DNA from: Trichomonas gallinae
Taxonomy: Eukaryota
NCBI GenBank assembly: GCA_008369845.1
Contig: MRSU01010422.1
Coordinates: 1 to 64,000 of the forward strand
Direction: 5' to 3'
Length of the DNA: 64,000 bases
Positions within the stretch are counted from its first letter, which is position 1. Each line of letters begins with the position of its first letter. Shown here piece by piece: positions 54,792-64,000 of this stretch. Both the position numbers and the translations under genes were made by a program. Below the pieces are notes generated by a model, which was given only the letters and a program-made list of their open reading frames with translations, had not been told where the DNA came from and searched no databases.

Positions 54792-55086
54792 TCACCCAAA
54801 AAAATAACGTAATTTTTATCGTCTTCTGTCTGACACAACTTTACAAATATTTACATGACAAAAATAAATCTCAATTCCCAAACTCTATTTATAACATTCT
54901 TATTTGCTCTACAATCATTTCAGCTAAAAATTTATGTTTAATTCTTTCATTTCAAAATCGATTGATATATTTTCCCCAATATAATCAATAATTAATAAAT
55001 ATTGATACATTACGCATCGCCAATGTTATAATAAGAAAATGAACATAAATTTAACATTTTATGAAGATAAAATAAATACAAAACAT

Positions 55087-55893
55087 TTATACTAACATTT
55101 TCCCTCTGCGATTGAACTGTTCATAAGGAGAAGGTCCTTTGTTCTTTTTCCTAGGTCCAAGGAATGATATTCTATCGTCGTCGAATTTCTTCTTGTTTGA
55201 TTCACCTTGAAGCTTGAAGAGAGTATAAATAATGATACCAATGATTAAAACAGATCCGAAAATAAATGGAAATAGTCGAATTGGATCAACTTTCTCTGTA
55301 TATTTGAAGAAAAACTCCTCTGTACTCCATATATCGGCATTGAATGATATACTGATAGGTACAACTTCAGATTTTCGTTTCGGAGATTCGCATTGAATAT
55401 AATCTGGTGTAATTACAATAGCATCGATTGGAATAGATCCAAATTTGCAATATGCAACTTTTGGTGTATTTTTATCTTCGTATATGTAAGAGATGTTAAT
55501 TTTTGTTCCAGATAAACCGTATGAAGGCGAGAGACCGACTATTTTTGGTATTATTGGCTTGCAGCTTTCAGTTCCATCACCACTGTAGCCATTTCTGCAT
55601 TGACATTTTCCAGGAAAAACGCATTTGGCATCATCATGGCAGTCTTCTTCGCAATTCCAGCATCCACTTTCATTATTTGGATTACCAAACGGAAAACCAT
55701 TCTTGCATACGCATTTACCTGTTTGCAATTTGATTGTATTTGGTCCTATACAAGATTCAATCAGCTGATCTGGTGGAAATATCGGTTCTGGTTCATGCTT
55801 GTATTCCCCTGCTCTGTCGTGGTTTTGGTGGTAATGCTTATCACCTCTACGCTTCCTTTCTAATGATTCCGAAAAAAGCAGGAAAAGAAACAT
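55087..55893 (-). CDS. Type I membrane protein with EGF-like and IPT/TIG domains
   Basis: Signal-like start, Cys-rich CHDDAKCVFPGKCQCRNGYSGDG, IPT motif PKIVGLSPSYG..GTKINI...CKFG...IQCESP, TM helix, basic tail; AAAAGTGACA lies directly before the ATG. Confidence 0.85.
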   Translation of the reverse strand: MFLFLLFSESLERKRRGDKHYHQNHDRAGEYKHEPEPIFPPDQLIESCIGPNTIKLQTGKCVCKNGFPFGNPNNESGCWNCEEDCHDDAKCVFPGKCQCRNGYSGDGTESCKPIIPKIVGLSPSYGLSGTKINISYIYEDKNTPKVAYCKFGSIPIDAIVITPDYIQCESPKRKSEVVPISISFNADIWSTEEFFFKYTEKVDPIRLFPFIFGSVLIIGIIIYTLFKLQGESNKKKFDDDRISFLGPRKKNKGPSPYEQFNRRGKMLV

Positions 55894-56020
55894 CTGTCAC
55901 TTTTTAATCTGGAGATGATTTGCACTTTTTTAGAAATTATCAATCTGACATTTGACTCTTTACAAAGTCAGATTTCCCAAAAAATTTGCTATTCAATTGG
56001 AGAGGATTTGCACTTTTTGG

Positions 56021-56165
56021 AATAAAACTGACAATCTATAGTACCAATTTAAACATTTTCTATAGTACACTGATAAAACTATTCTAGAGTGCACTGACAA
56101 AACTAATATAGAATGCCCTACTAAAACATATTCTATTGTATCATGGCAAACATATTCTATAGTGC
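56021..56165. repeat. Minisatellite, 24-bp unit x6 (degenerate)
   Basis: Units end at 56044, 56068, 56092, 56116, 56141 and 56165; approximate consensus ACTGACAAAACTATTCTATAGTRC. Confidence 0.8.
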
Positions 56166-56412
56166 TCTGGATCCTGCTGAGAGTTCTGGATTGAGTCTTG
56201 TTCGCTAGTCTGAGTTGGATCATGCTTGATTCTTTTCTGTGGACTGGGCCTCATCTTGCGGCTGCGGCATGGGTTTATTACATTGCAATCCGTAAAAACG
56301 CTGGAGGATTATTACAATAATAACTGTCCGATTTAGTTTCAAATCATCATATGAATGAAAACTATGATAAAATTAAAAATATAATCGAAATAAATTTTAT
56401 TTAAAAAACAGG

Positions 56413-57969
56413 TTAATCACGTGTGAGATCTTCTTCCTCTTCGCTGCTGGAGTTCTTGCATGCACATGCAGCCTTCAAAAGAGACCTGTCATTCGCAGGA
56501 GTAAACTTTCCTTGTGCCATCTTCTGTTTGTACATTGCTTTGACTTCTGCTATAGTAGGCTTCTTGCTTGCAACTCTTCTGGCCGATCCAGGCTTAGATG
56601 TGACAGGTTCTGGCTTTGTGACAGCATCTGATCCTTTTTCAACGTATTCCTTAAGATTTACATTTTTCACATCAATTTCGAATAAATGCTTCATCTTTTC
56701 ATCAGGTTTTGCTGCTGATTCAGCGCAAAAACCCAACATTTCTCTAGGAATATTTCCATATTCAATTCCATTTGCGCAGCTTTCTTCGATATACGTCTTC
56801 AGCCAAGCGAGTTCAAGTGAGTAAAAGTCTGATATGAGCATAAGTGCGAGATCTACGCGTCTGCTGTACTTCTTTGCCTTTAATGCGTAAGAAATAAATT
56901 CAACAAGTCTGTTAATGAGCTGTTTCGTGTTATTTTTGAGATCAAGGATTGACTCATATTTAGAGAAAGCCTTAATGACAGTTATTCTCGCACAATTTGC
57001 TAAAATTTTATGTGAAGTTGATAACTTGTAGAGATAACTGAAAACATCTGTTGGATTTTTAACGTACTTGAGGTGCAAAATTCTTGAAAGAATGGATATA
57101 TCATTCTGATCAAAGATTCCTCCATTGATAATATTTTTCGCAAGAGAAACAAAACCAAACATATCCGGATGAACAGTAATAGCAAATCGTATTGCTGGAT
57201 AATGTAGAATGTGATTTCGCGAAAATGCACCGCAGAATCTCATTAATTCGTCCGCTTGAACTTTTGGAGCGAGTTTCATTAATTGGCTCTTAAAAAGAGA
57301 TGTTGCTAGGCGAAATGCTTCGATTGATATATATCCTTTGCATCTCTTTGCTGTTCTTGTAATTGTTCTAAAAAGTGAAACGATTTTATTGTTTTCGATG
57401 TCTTGACCTTGTGTGAGAAACTCCGAGAGCTGGATCAAAGCGTTGATCAACTCAATGCGTGAAAATATCGCTTGCTCGTCAATAATATTTGTAGGCTCAA
57501 TCATCGGGCAGTAATGATCGAATAACATTTCGGTGACGTAAATGTTGAGCTTTAGTGGCGTTTCCTGGCCTCTTTGGAAAGCGGCACTCAAAATTTTCAA
57601 AAACATATGTGGATCATTAACAGTTTCTGCGAATTCCCAAATCGGCCTGAATATATTGCAATCTGTATTGATGTATTGCATCAAATTTTTGATTCCATCG
57701 ATAGTATTCGGATTTAATGTATCTTTATTGCCAAAAACGAACTGTGTGAATGCTTTAAAGTCAGATATATTGGGTATTATTGTATTCGGAAACATTTTCG
57801 CAAGAACATTACTTGCATCTGTAAGGTAATTCGTTGGATTTGCTTCATTCTCGTAAAAAGAAGCGAATAAAGGTGAAATTTTGGAGAATACAGCTCTGCA
57901 GTTTTCCAATTTTTCAAAATCATCGACATTTCCGAATATACTTGTTTTCCAGCTTTCGTAATCACTCAT
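56413..57969 (-). CDS. Hypothetical protein (alpha-helical, basic low-complexity C-terminus)
   Basis: 518-aa ORF; no motif recognised. Confidence 0.78.
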   Translation of the reverse strand: MSDYESWKTSIFGNVDDFEKLENCRAVFSKISPLFASFYENEANPTNYLTDASNVLAKMFPNTIIPNISDFKAFTQFVFGNKDTLNPNTIDGIKNLMQYINTDCNIFRPIWEFAETVNDPHMFLKILSAAFQRGQETPLKLNIYVTEMLFDHYCPMIEPTNIIDEQAIFSRIELINALIQLSEFLTQGQDIENNKIVSLFRTITRTAKRCKGYISIEAFRLATSLFKSQLMKLAPKVQADELMRFCGAFSRNHILHYPAIRFAITVHPDMFGFVSLAKNIINGGIFDQNDISILSRILHLKYVKNPTDVFSYLYKLSTSHKILANCARITVIKAFSKYESILDLKNNTKQLINRLVEFISYALKAKKYSRRVDLALMLISDFYSLELAWLKTYIEESCANGIEYGNIPREMLGFCAESAAKPDEKMKHLFEIDVKNVNLKEYVEKGSDAVTKPEPVTSKPGSARRVASKKPTIAEVKAMYKQKMAQGKFTPANDRSLLKAACACKNSSSEEEEDLTRD

Positions 57970-58031
57970 TATTAAAATCTAACGTACCTCTTATTTTTAT
58001 TTTAGACCCTGCAATATACTGTCAATCCCTC

Positions 58032-58127
58032 ATTATTTACATGTCAAATCAAACTTTACACTACAAAAATATACATGTTATTATTTACATGTCAAACATA
58101 GCATTACACGACAAAAATCTTAATACC
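58032..58127. repeat. 48-bp tandem duplication carrying TTTACATGTCA
   Basis: ATTATTTACATGTCAAA......TTACAC.ACAAAAAT occurs at 58032 and 58080. Confidence 0.75.
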
Positions 58128-58355
58128 TTCAAATCTATATTTCATTTGTCTATTGATATGTATCATAACATATTCTAATCTAGATTAACAAAAAATATGT
58201 TATAACTTATTTAATAGTTATTTTTTTTGAATCACCAAGAGTATTCATCACTGCTTTTTTTCTTCTTCTTTTGTAGATTTAGTTTCCATTATATAGAATT
58301 TGAGTAGGTTCTTCATTTGGTGACTTTGTGCAATATCTAAAAGAGACTCATTTCT

Positions 58356-59347
58356 TCAATGGAAACATTCTTGTGTTCTATATATAATGTTAGCATTTGC
58401 TCCATGATTCAAAAGATATTTTGCCATCTCAACATTATCATTCATAACAGCAAACTTAAGTGCTGAGACAGCCTGTGTTGTTGTTGAACCTCCACTATAA
58501 CTCACAACTCTCTTGACATCTGCACCTCGCTCTACCAAAAATTTGATATATTCGAAATTATTCTGCATTGCAGAATAAATGAGCAAAGTAAACTGATCTC
58601 CCCAGGATTGTTGAATAAAATCAACTTTAAAGCCCAAATCAAAAAGAGCTTTGAAGAAAGATGTAGGATATAAGTCTAGAAAATTACTATAACATTCACT
58701 TTGTTTGCAGTTATAACGGCGAAATCAAGCTTTGGTAATTCATGTACTCGAGTCAGGCACACGAATCAATTTTGGAGAGTTTAGGATCTTTTTCAATAAT
58801 CCAATCTAAAATATTATTTCTGTGATTAGATATTGCAACTAATACGTTTCTTTCTGTTGCGAAATTAAGATAACGATCCAATATTCGAATAATTTCAAGA
58901 TTTCCTCCAATGATTGCATTTGCACATAATTTTTCATCGAAGTGGGATAACTTGCCAATAAGAACTTTAAAGCATTTGACAGCTCCTTACCGTGCAGCTT
59001 CTGCAATGTCATCATCACATAAATCTTTTGTGATTAATGTATCAACATCATTCCATAAAATTGTATTAGGATCGTTTAAATCAAAATAAGCCAAATAGCA
59101 ACTATCGAGTTGCAATTGAGTGTACAAAGTGGTAGTTCTTAACATTTGCACTTAGTGATGCTGTGAGCATTGCGTTAATAAATTCTTTGCTTAAAATATT
59201 TTTATGGACATATTCTTTAAGTTTTGCGACAATTGAAAATACATCTTGCCTTCGCATATTGTCTATCCATATCAAATCTATTGCTTCTTGATAAGGTTTG
59301 AGAGCATCTGGAATCTTTACAGACGAGACTGAAACATATTTCGTCAT
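58356..59347 (-). pseudogene. DUF3447/ankyrin pseudogene
   Basis: ATG at 59347, frameshift near 59105, EAAR*GAVKCFK (TAA at 58987-58989), AIIGGNLEIIRIL, a further frameshift, then ankyrin repeats (ORF 58356-58637). Confidence 0.85.
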
Positions 59348-59454
59348 ACTTAAATAATGACAAACAGTTATAACTGAATCAATTTTTTTTATTTTACCAA
59401 CAGCTCAAATTTTTGATTTTTTCATTTTACCAACAACGCAATTTTGATTGTTAT

Positions 59455-59800
59455 TGTAAAGCTGGTAAATTTCTTGTCATAGTTCCTGGAATTGATACCA
59501 ATTCAGAAAACAAATTCAACAATACAGCTTTGATTTGGGATTCATCAAAAGGTCTTCATAACATTGGAATAAATATATATCAACATAAATAGCAAATACA
59601 CAGAACAGTCTTGATTCAAGCTTCAGAAAGAGGCCACTATGATATTTTCAAGTCATTTCTCACAGTTTCTGGGATGGAACAATGATAATGATTTGAGCTT
59701 CATTTAAAGGAATTCATTAGTTGTTAAACTCCATCTCATAGTTCATGGATAGATATCAATGCAAAAGACTAAGACAACTTTGATTTGAGCTTCAGAAGAA
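59455..59800 (+). pseudogene. Heavily degraded ankyrin-repeat remnants
   Basis: Fragments LVIVPGIDTNSENKFNNTALIWDSSKGLH and RTVLIQASERGHYDIFKSFLTVSG, plus GATATCAATGCAAAAGAC (DINAKD); many stops and frameshifts. Confidence 0.7.
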
Positions 59801-60567
59801 TTTAATCATGAGAAAAATCTTGAAAGACGACTGTACAGTCGTAAATTATGAGTTAAGTGTCAAATATAAGCTGTTTCTGATTGATCTTAAAGCTTCAATT
59901 ATGTTTTTTCGATTATTTCAAAGATCAAGGAATTTAATCAGTGCTATGACATTCTGTAAAGATTATTTCATTAGATTTATATCTAATCGCAATGAAATTA
60001 ATAGCACTCTTTGAGAGAGATATTCGTCGAATGATGAAGAATGTAATTTTAGCTTGAAATCATAACAAATAATCATCATCAACAAATGTAATATATAGCA
60101 TTGACCGCATAATGTGAATAAACCCAATAAAAAAATTTCCACATTCAAAATAATGATAGTTGAGCGTATTTCATAATACTAATATGCTCGACAATATCTA
60201 TACATCATGTATTTACATTTTAAATGAAATAAATTGATCAATTTATATAAAGTTGACGGACGATTATTTTTGATTCAAACCATAACAATATTTTTAAACC
60301 TTATAAATATTCATTTTATTAAAGTTCGAAGAATTAATGCGCCTGTGAAAACCTCCATAATTGAGAGAATACGATTATTTTTAATTCAAAAATCAAATGT
60401 TTTAAATTATATGAACCACATTTATAGTAATTTCACATTTTATCAAACGAAAAAGTCCATTTTCAGAAATTCACTTCACATTTATGTTTTAACTAGTTTC
60501 CATATATATTTATATGTTTTAAATGTAGAAACCTTCGAATTTTGAGATTTTTAAAATCATTTATATA

Positions 60568-61626
60568 ATGTCGGAGACATTCACACCTTATTCCGAGCTC
60601 CCGCATCTTCTTGACAAGGCCATAGCCAAGGATAGCAAAATATGCGATGAACTGAAGAAGTATATCATCGAATACGCTGATGATTACACATCATTGAAAG
60701 AAAAAATTTCGAAATTGGCTTTCGATCCTCTTGTATTCCGCGATAAGGATAACCAGCCGGATCCTAAGGAATTCCACTCCGAACTTTTCAAAGAATTTCC
60801 TAATGTTGCCGTAAAATGTTTGCTTCAAGTTTCATCATATGAGTACGCAGCTCATCAAATCAAGAAATACGCTAATAAAAAACTCGGATCATATCATGAG
60901 GATTACGCACGTAGAGCAGGGAATATCAAGAAATCATTCCAAACAGAATTGGAAAATTACGAAAAAGCAAAAAAGGCAAACGAAGATGCTAGAAATGCAT
61001 TTAACGTTGCCGGATGCGCACTCCGCGATGCGGAATCTAAAGGTGTTAAGGATTTAGCGAAATTGAAGCAAGATTTCCTCAGCGCAAGAAAGAATGCAAT
61101 TTCTGTGAATCAAAAATCAATGACAAAAGCTGAAGCATGCACACAAAACATGGAATCTCTCCTTACTCAAATCGAAGAGCTTGAACTTTGGAGAAGCGAT
61201 GAACTCAAGTCGATTCTCCTCGATTTCGCTTCAATGCTTGAAAATGTTGCACACCACTTTGTCAATACATCATCTGATATGAGCGAAACTGTCATGGAGT
61301 TGCCAATAGAAAATGATTCCGTGATAATCGCCGATTTCTCGAAAATCAGACCAGCACAATCCGATGATTCTTACCAAGCATGGTCTGTTCATACACTTAC
61401 ATCCAAATTCTTACCGAAAGATCAATTATATCCAAAAGATGTTGCAAAAGGTGACGTACAGCTCTTTACAGTTACAGAGGACTACAATGGACCGGCAGGA
61501 TTCCTCGCTTGCCACGGTGGCGAAATTGTTTGCGGTCTCAAAATGGAAGGTGAAGATTACACATGCAAGAACATTAATGAAAGCGTCGGCTTAATTCCAA
61601 AGAATATTCTCAAGCCATATGAGTGA
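60568..61626 (+). CDS. BAR/F-BAR-like coiled-coil protein with C-terminal variant SH3 domain
   Basis: Helical N-terminal ~260 aa; tail VTEDYNG...LACHGGEIV...VGLIPKNIL fits the SH3 pattern. Confidence 0.7.
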   Translation: MSETFTPYSELPHLLDKAIAKDSKICDELKKYIIEYADDYTSLKEKISKLAFDPLVFRDKDNQPDPKEFHSELFKEFPNVAVKCLLQVSSYEYAAHQIKKYANKKLGSYHEDYARRAGNIKKSFQTELENYEKAKKANEDARNAFNVAGCALRDAESKGVKDLAKLKQDFLSARKNAISVNQKSMTKAEACTQNMESLLTQIEELELWRSDELKSILLDFASMLENVAHHFVNTSSDMSETVMELPIENDSVIIADFSKIRPAQSDDSYQAWSVHTLTSKFLPKDQLYPKDVAKGDVQLFTVTEDYNGPAGFLACHGGEIVCGLKMEGEDYTCKNINESVGLIPKNILKPYE

Positions 61627-61966
61627 GATATTTCTAATTTTTGTGTAGAAAATTTATTTTTGTTTCATTTTTTTATTTTACTTCAATCTAAAGCAATATT
61701 TTTATAGCGTAATACCAACTTATCATACTCCTCGCTACAAATCATCACATCACAATTTTATATTTTATTCAAATCATTTCATTGAGATTTTGAAACTTTT
61801 TGATTTGAAATAAAGTTTGATGGTTCGAAATAACGAAAATTTTCAATTATTTTTGATAAATTATTAAAAATTCAATTATAATTTTAATGATTTATAATAT
61901 ATATATTAAAAACTCCAAAATATAACACAATAGATTTTAATTTATAACAAATCAAAAGTAATATGG

Positions 61967-64000
61967 TTAATTCCATATATCCTCATCTTCTAAATCTTCA
62001 TCCTTTGATACTTTAGCAATTGTTGGCTTTGTCGACTGCTTTGGAGCTGGTTTTGCGGCAGGCTTTGCTGCTGGTTTTGGGGCAGCTTTTGATGGCTTCT
62101 CATCTTCATCCCAATCTGGCCATTCTTCATCATCGTCATCGACTTGTATCTGTGGCTTTTCTGCCTGCTTTGAAGCCCTCTTCACTGCCTTTATAGGTTT
62201 CTTTGTATTCTGATCATATAAGTTTCCCCAGTCATCTCCTTCGTCATCATCAGCTTTCTTCGATAAAACCTTTGGCTGCGGTTTCGGCTTAGTAACAACC
62301 TTCGGCTGTTCTGGCTTCTTCTTCTCAGGTACTGGAGTGTTATCAATATCATCCCATCCGTCTTCATCATCGTTGTCATCCTTGACGATTTCTGGCTTGC
62401 GAGCAACAGGTTTGGCGTCAGGCTTTGGTGGATTTTGTTTAACTGCTTTTGCATCTTTCCATTCTTCGTCTTTATCAATATCATCCCATCCGTCATCTTC
62501 ATTGTTATTAACAACTTTTGGTGTTGGCTTAGGCTTGGCGACAGACTTCGATAAAACTTTTGGCTTCGATTTTTCTTTCTTTCCAATTTGCTGCGGTTTT
62601 TGCGGTGGAATAATTGCATCATCATCCAAATCTCCCCATCCTTCATCATCGTCGTCAATCGGCTCAGCCTTCGGCGCAGGTTTTGAAACTGGCTTCGTGG
62701 TGACTTTTTGTAATTGTGGCTGTGGCTTTGGTGGTGTTTTAACATTTTCGACGCCATTATCATCTTCCAAGTCATCCCAGCCGTTTTCATCATCATCGAC
62801 TTCGACCTGCGGCTTCGGCTTTTTAATGACTGTTTTAGGCTTAGTTTTGCTTGGATTTGCTCCTGGTAATGATTTGTCTGGATCATTCCATCCGCCTTTT
62901 TCGAACATCTGGAGCTTGGCCGACGGCTTCTCTTTGACTGGCGCCGGTTTTTGGTGGAGCTGCGGCTGCTCTGATTCAATTATCTTGTCCTTGACAGGGG
63001 CCATCAGTCCATTGAGGATTACTTCCATCAGTTTGAGGGCCGGAATCCTAACCTCCAAGTCAGCGTCGCACAAAAGCGGGCCGAGCGATGGAATTAATAT
63101 CTGACAGACTAAGTCTGAGTCGAATTTCTGAAGCAAGCTCTTCATCGCTGCAACGGCGGCCTTCCTAGCTGGCGCGAATCCATCGCGTGCAGACTTAGCG
63201 AAAGCGGCAGCCAAGAATCTAGGCTTGTCAATGTGATCAGCAATTTTTGCCAAGCAGATGACAGAGTTCGTTCTTGCTTGAGGATCATTGCATTCTTGGA
63301 GCCTGTCTAATTGTCTCATTAGAGCAGCGAGGTTGTCCTGATTGAGTTTAGAAGCCAGAGGGACCATGGCGATGATTGTTTGCTGTCTTATTGTCGGGTC
63401 GTTCATTCCTGGGAAAATTTCCTTGAAAATAATATCATTGGCGATTGACTGGTCGACTTCCGGAACTATTCTCGGCATCTGATTCAGAAGCTCTGCTCTT
63501 AGGGAAGGATTTTTGATGGAGAACAGTTCGATGACTTTGGGGATGACTTTAGCTGTAAAGTCTGCTGTCTCCATCGATTTGGAGAGAACAAATATCGGTT
63601 GCAGGATGGATGGTGTTGGCGAAAATGAAAGTGCTTTGAGGAGCTCGGGGATTATTGTCTCGCATTGCATCTGTGATGAGAAGATGTCCGCGTAGTCTAT
63701 TAAGTCTTTAAAGAAAACTTCGCGCTGAAGATTATCTTTTAATGGTAATTCTTTGAGGAAAGTGAGCATTTGTGAGAATTTGTCGGCATTCCAGATATCA
63801 AGATTCAGTAAAACGGATGGATCTGGTAAATCTTTAGAGATTTTTGTCCAATTCTTTCCAACTTGAACAATTGGACGGGCAAGTGACTCTGACCAGTTCT
63901 TAATATACTCAGAAAGCATGAGTACATCTGTTGCGTAGAGAGGAAATTCGTCTAAATTGTGATTCATTTTCGAATATTCTCTCCATTGAGACTTAAAATT
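61967..64000 (-). CDS. SCY1-like (SCYL1/Cex1) protein, HEAT repeats and acidic tail (partial, 5' end beyond the window)
   Basis: RTNSVICLAKIA and AAFAKSARDGFAPARKAAV match SCYL1 HEAT blocks; the frame stays open from 63967 to base 64000. Confidence 0.8.
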   Translation of the reverse strand, partial: NFKSQWREYSKMNHNLDEFPLYATDVLMLSEYIKNWSESLARPIVQVGKNWTKISKDLPDPSVLLNLDIWNADKFSQMLTFLKELPLKDNLQREVFFKDLIDYADIFSSQMQCETIIPELLKALSFSPTPSILQPIFVLSKSMETADFTAKVIPKVIELFSIKNPSLRAELLNQMPRIVPEVDQSIANDIIFKEIFPGMNDPTIRQQTIIAMVPLASKLNQDNLAALMRQLDRLQECNDPQARTNSVICLAKIADHIDKPRFLAAAFAKSARDGFAPARKAAVAAMKSLLQKFDSDLVCQILIPSLGPLLCDADLEVRIPALKLMEVILNGLMAPVKDKIIESEQPQLHQKPAPVKEKPSAKLQMFEKGGWNDPDKSLPGANPSKTKPKTVIKKPKPQVEVDDDENGWDDLEDDNGVENVKTPPKPQPQLQKVTTKPVSKPAPKAEPIDDDDEGWGDLDDDAIIPPQKPQQIGKKEKSKPKVLSKSVAKPKPTPKVVNNNEDDGWDDIDKDEEWKDAKAVKQNPPKPDAKPVARKPEIVKDDNDDEDGWDDIDNTPVPEKKKPEQPKVVTKPKPQPKVLSKKADDDEGDDWGNLYDQNTKKPIKAVKRASKQAEKPQIQVDDDDEEWPDWDEDEKPSKAAPKPAAKPAAKPAPKQSTKPTIAKVSKDEDLEDEDIWN

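Noticed and set aside
56021..56165. Short repeats resembling a CRISPR array
   Set aside because: Units are contiguous and degenerate with no unique spacers, there are no cas genes, and the context is eukaryotic.
62191..63104. Long alternative-frame (262 aa) and antisense (255 aa) ORFs inside the SCY1-like tail
   Set aside because: Expected by-products of low-complexity D/P/K-rich coding sequence; no protein-like motifs.

Overview
AT-rich, gene-dense eukaryotic DNA with no introns detected and the standard genetic code, most likely from a trichomonad (Parabasalia, Trichomonas-like). That assignment rests on TCA(C/T)T Inr and AAAGTGAC (M2) motifs next to start codons, TAAA overlapping stop codons, a hydrogenosomal-type NuoF, DUF3447-type ankyrin genes and divergent Rabs. 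About 30 intact or edge-truncated protein genes are present: NMNAT (partial), dephospho-CoA kinase, TMEM230-like, two Rabs, a CDK7-like kinase, NuoF/NDH51, a giant HECT E3, a ZIP transporter, FAM184-like, a mitochondrial carrier, BBS9, an R2R3 Myb, FANCE-like, a nucleoplasmin-like protein, Atg18/WIPI, a PP1-like phosphatase, a U-box protein, TTC1, an ankyrin protein, a methyltransferase, an EGF-IPT membrane protein, a BAR-SH3 protein and SCY1-like (partial). There are also several decayed ankyrin-family pseudogenes. No rRNA, tRNA, CRISPR array or intact transposon is recognisable. Main leads: (1) a NuoF paralogue with a remodelled dinucleotide pocket, including the Glu->Gln change linked to NADPH acceptance; (2) a HECT domain apparently lacking its E2-binding subdomain; (3) a probable Fanconi anaemia FANCE homologue; (4) recurrent ~110-111-bp tandem periodicity in separate intergenic spacers; (5) one ankyrin gene family scattered as dead fragments. 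Family calls come from motif recognition and recalled reference sequences; no database search was run.
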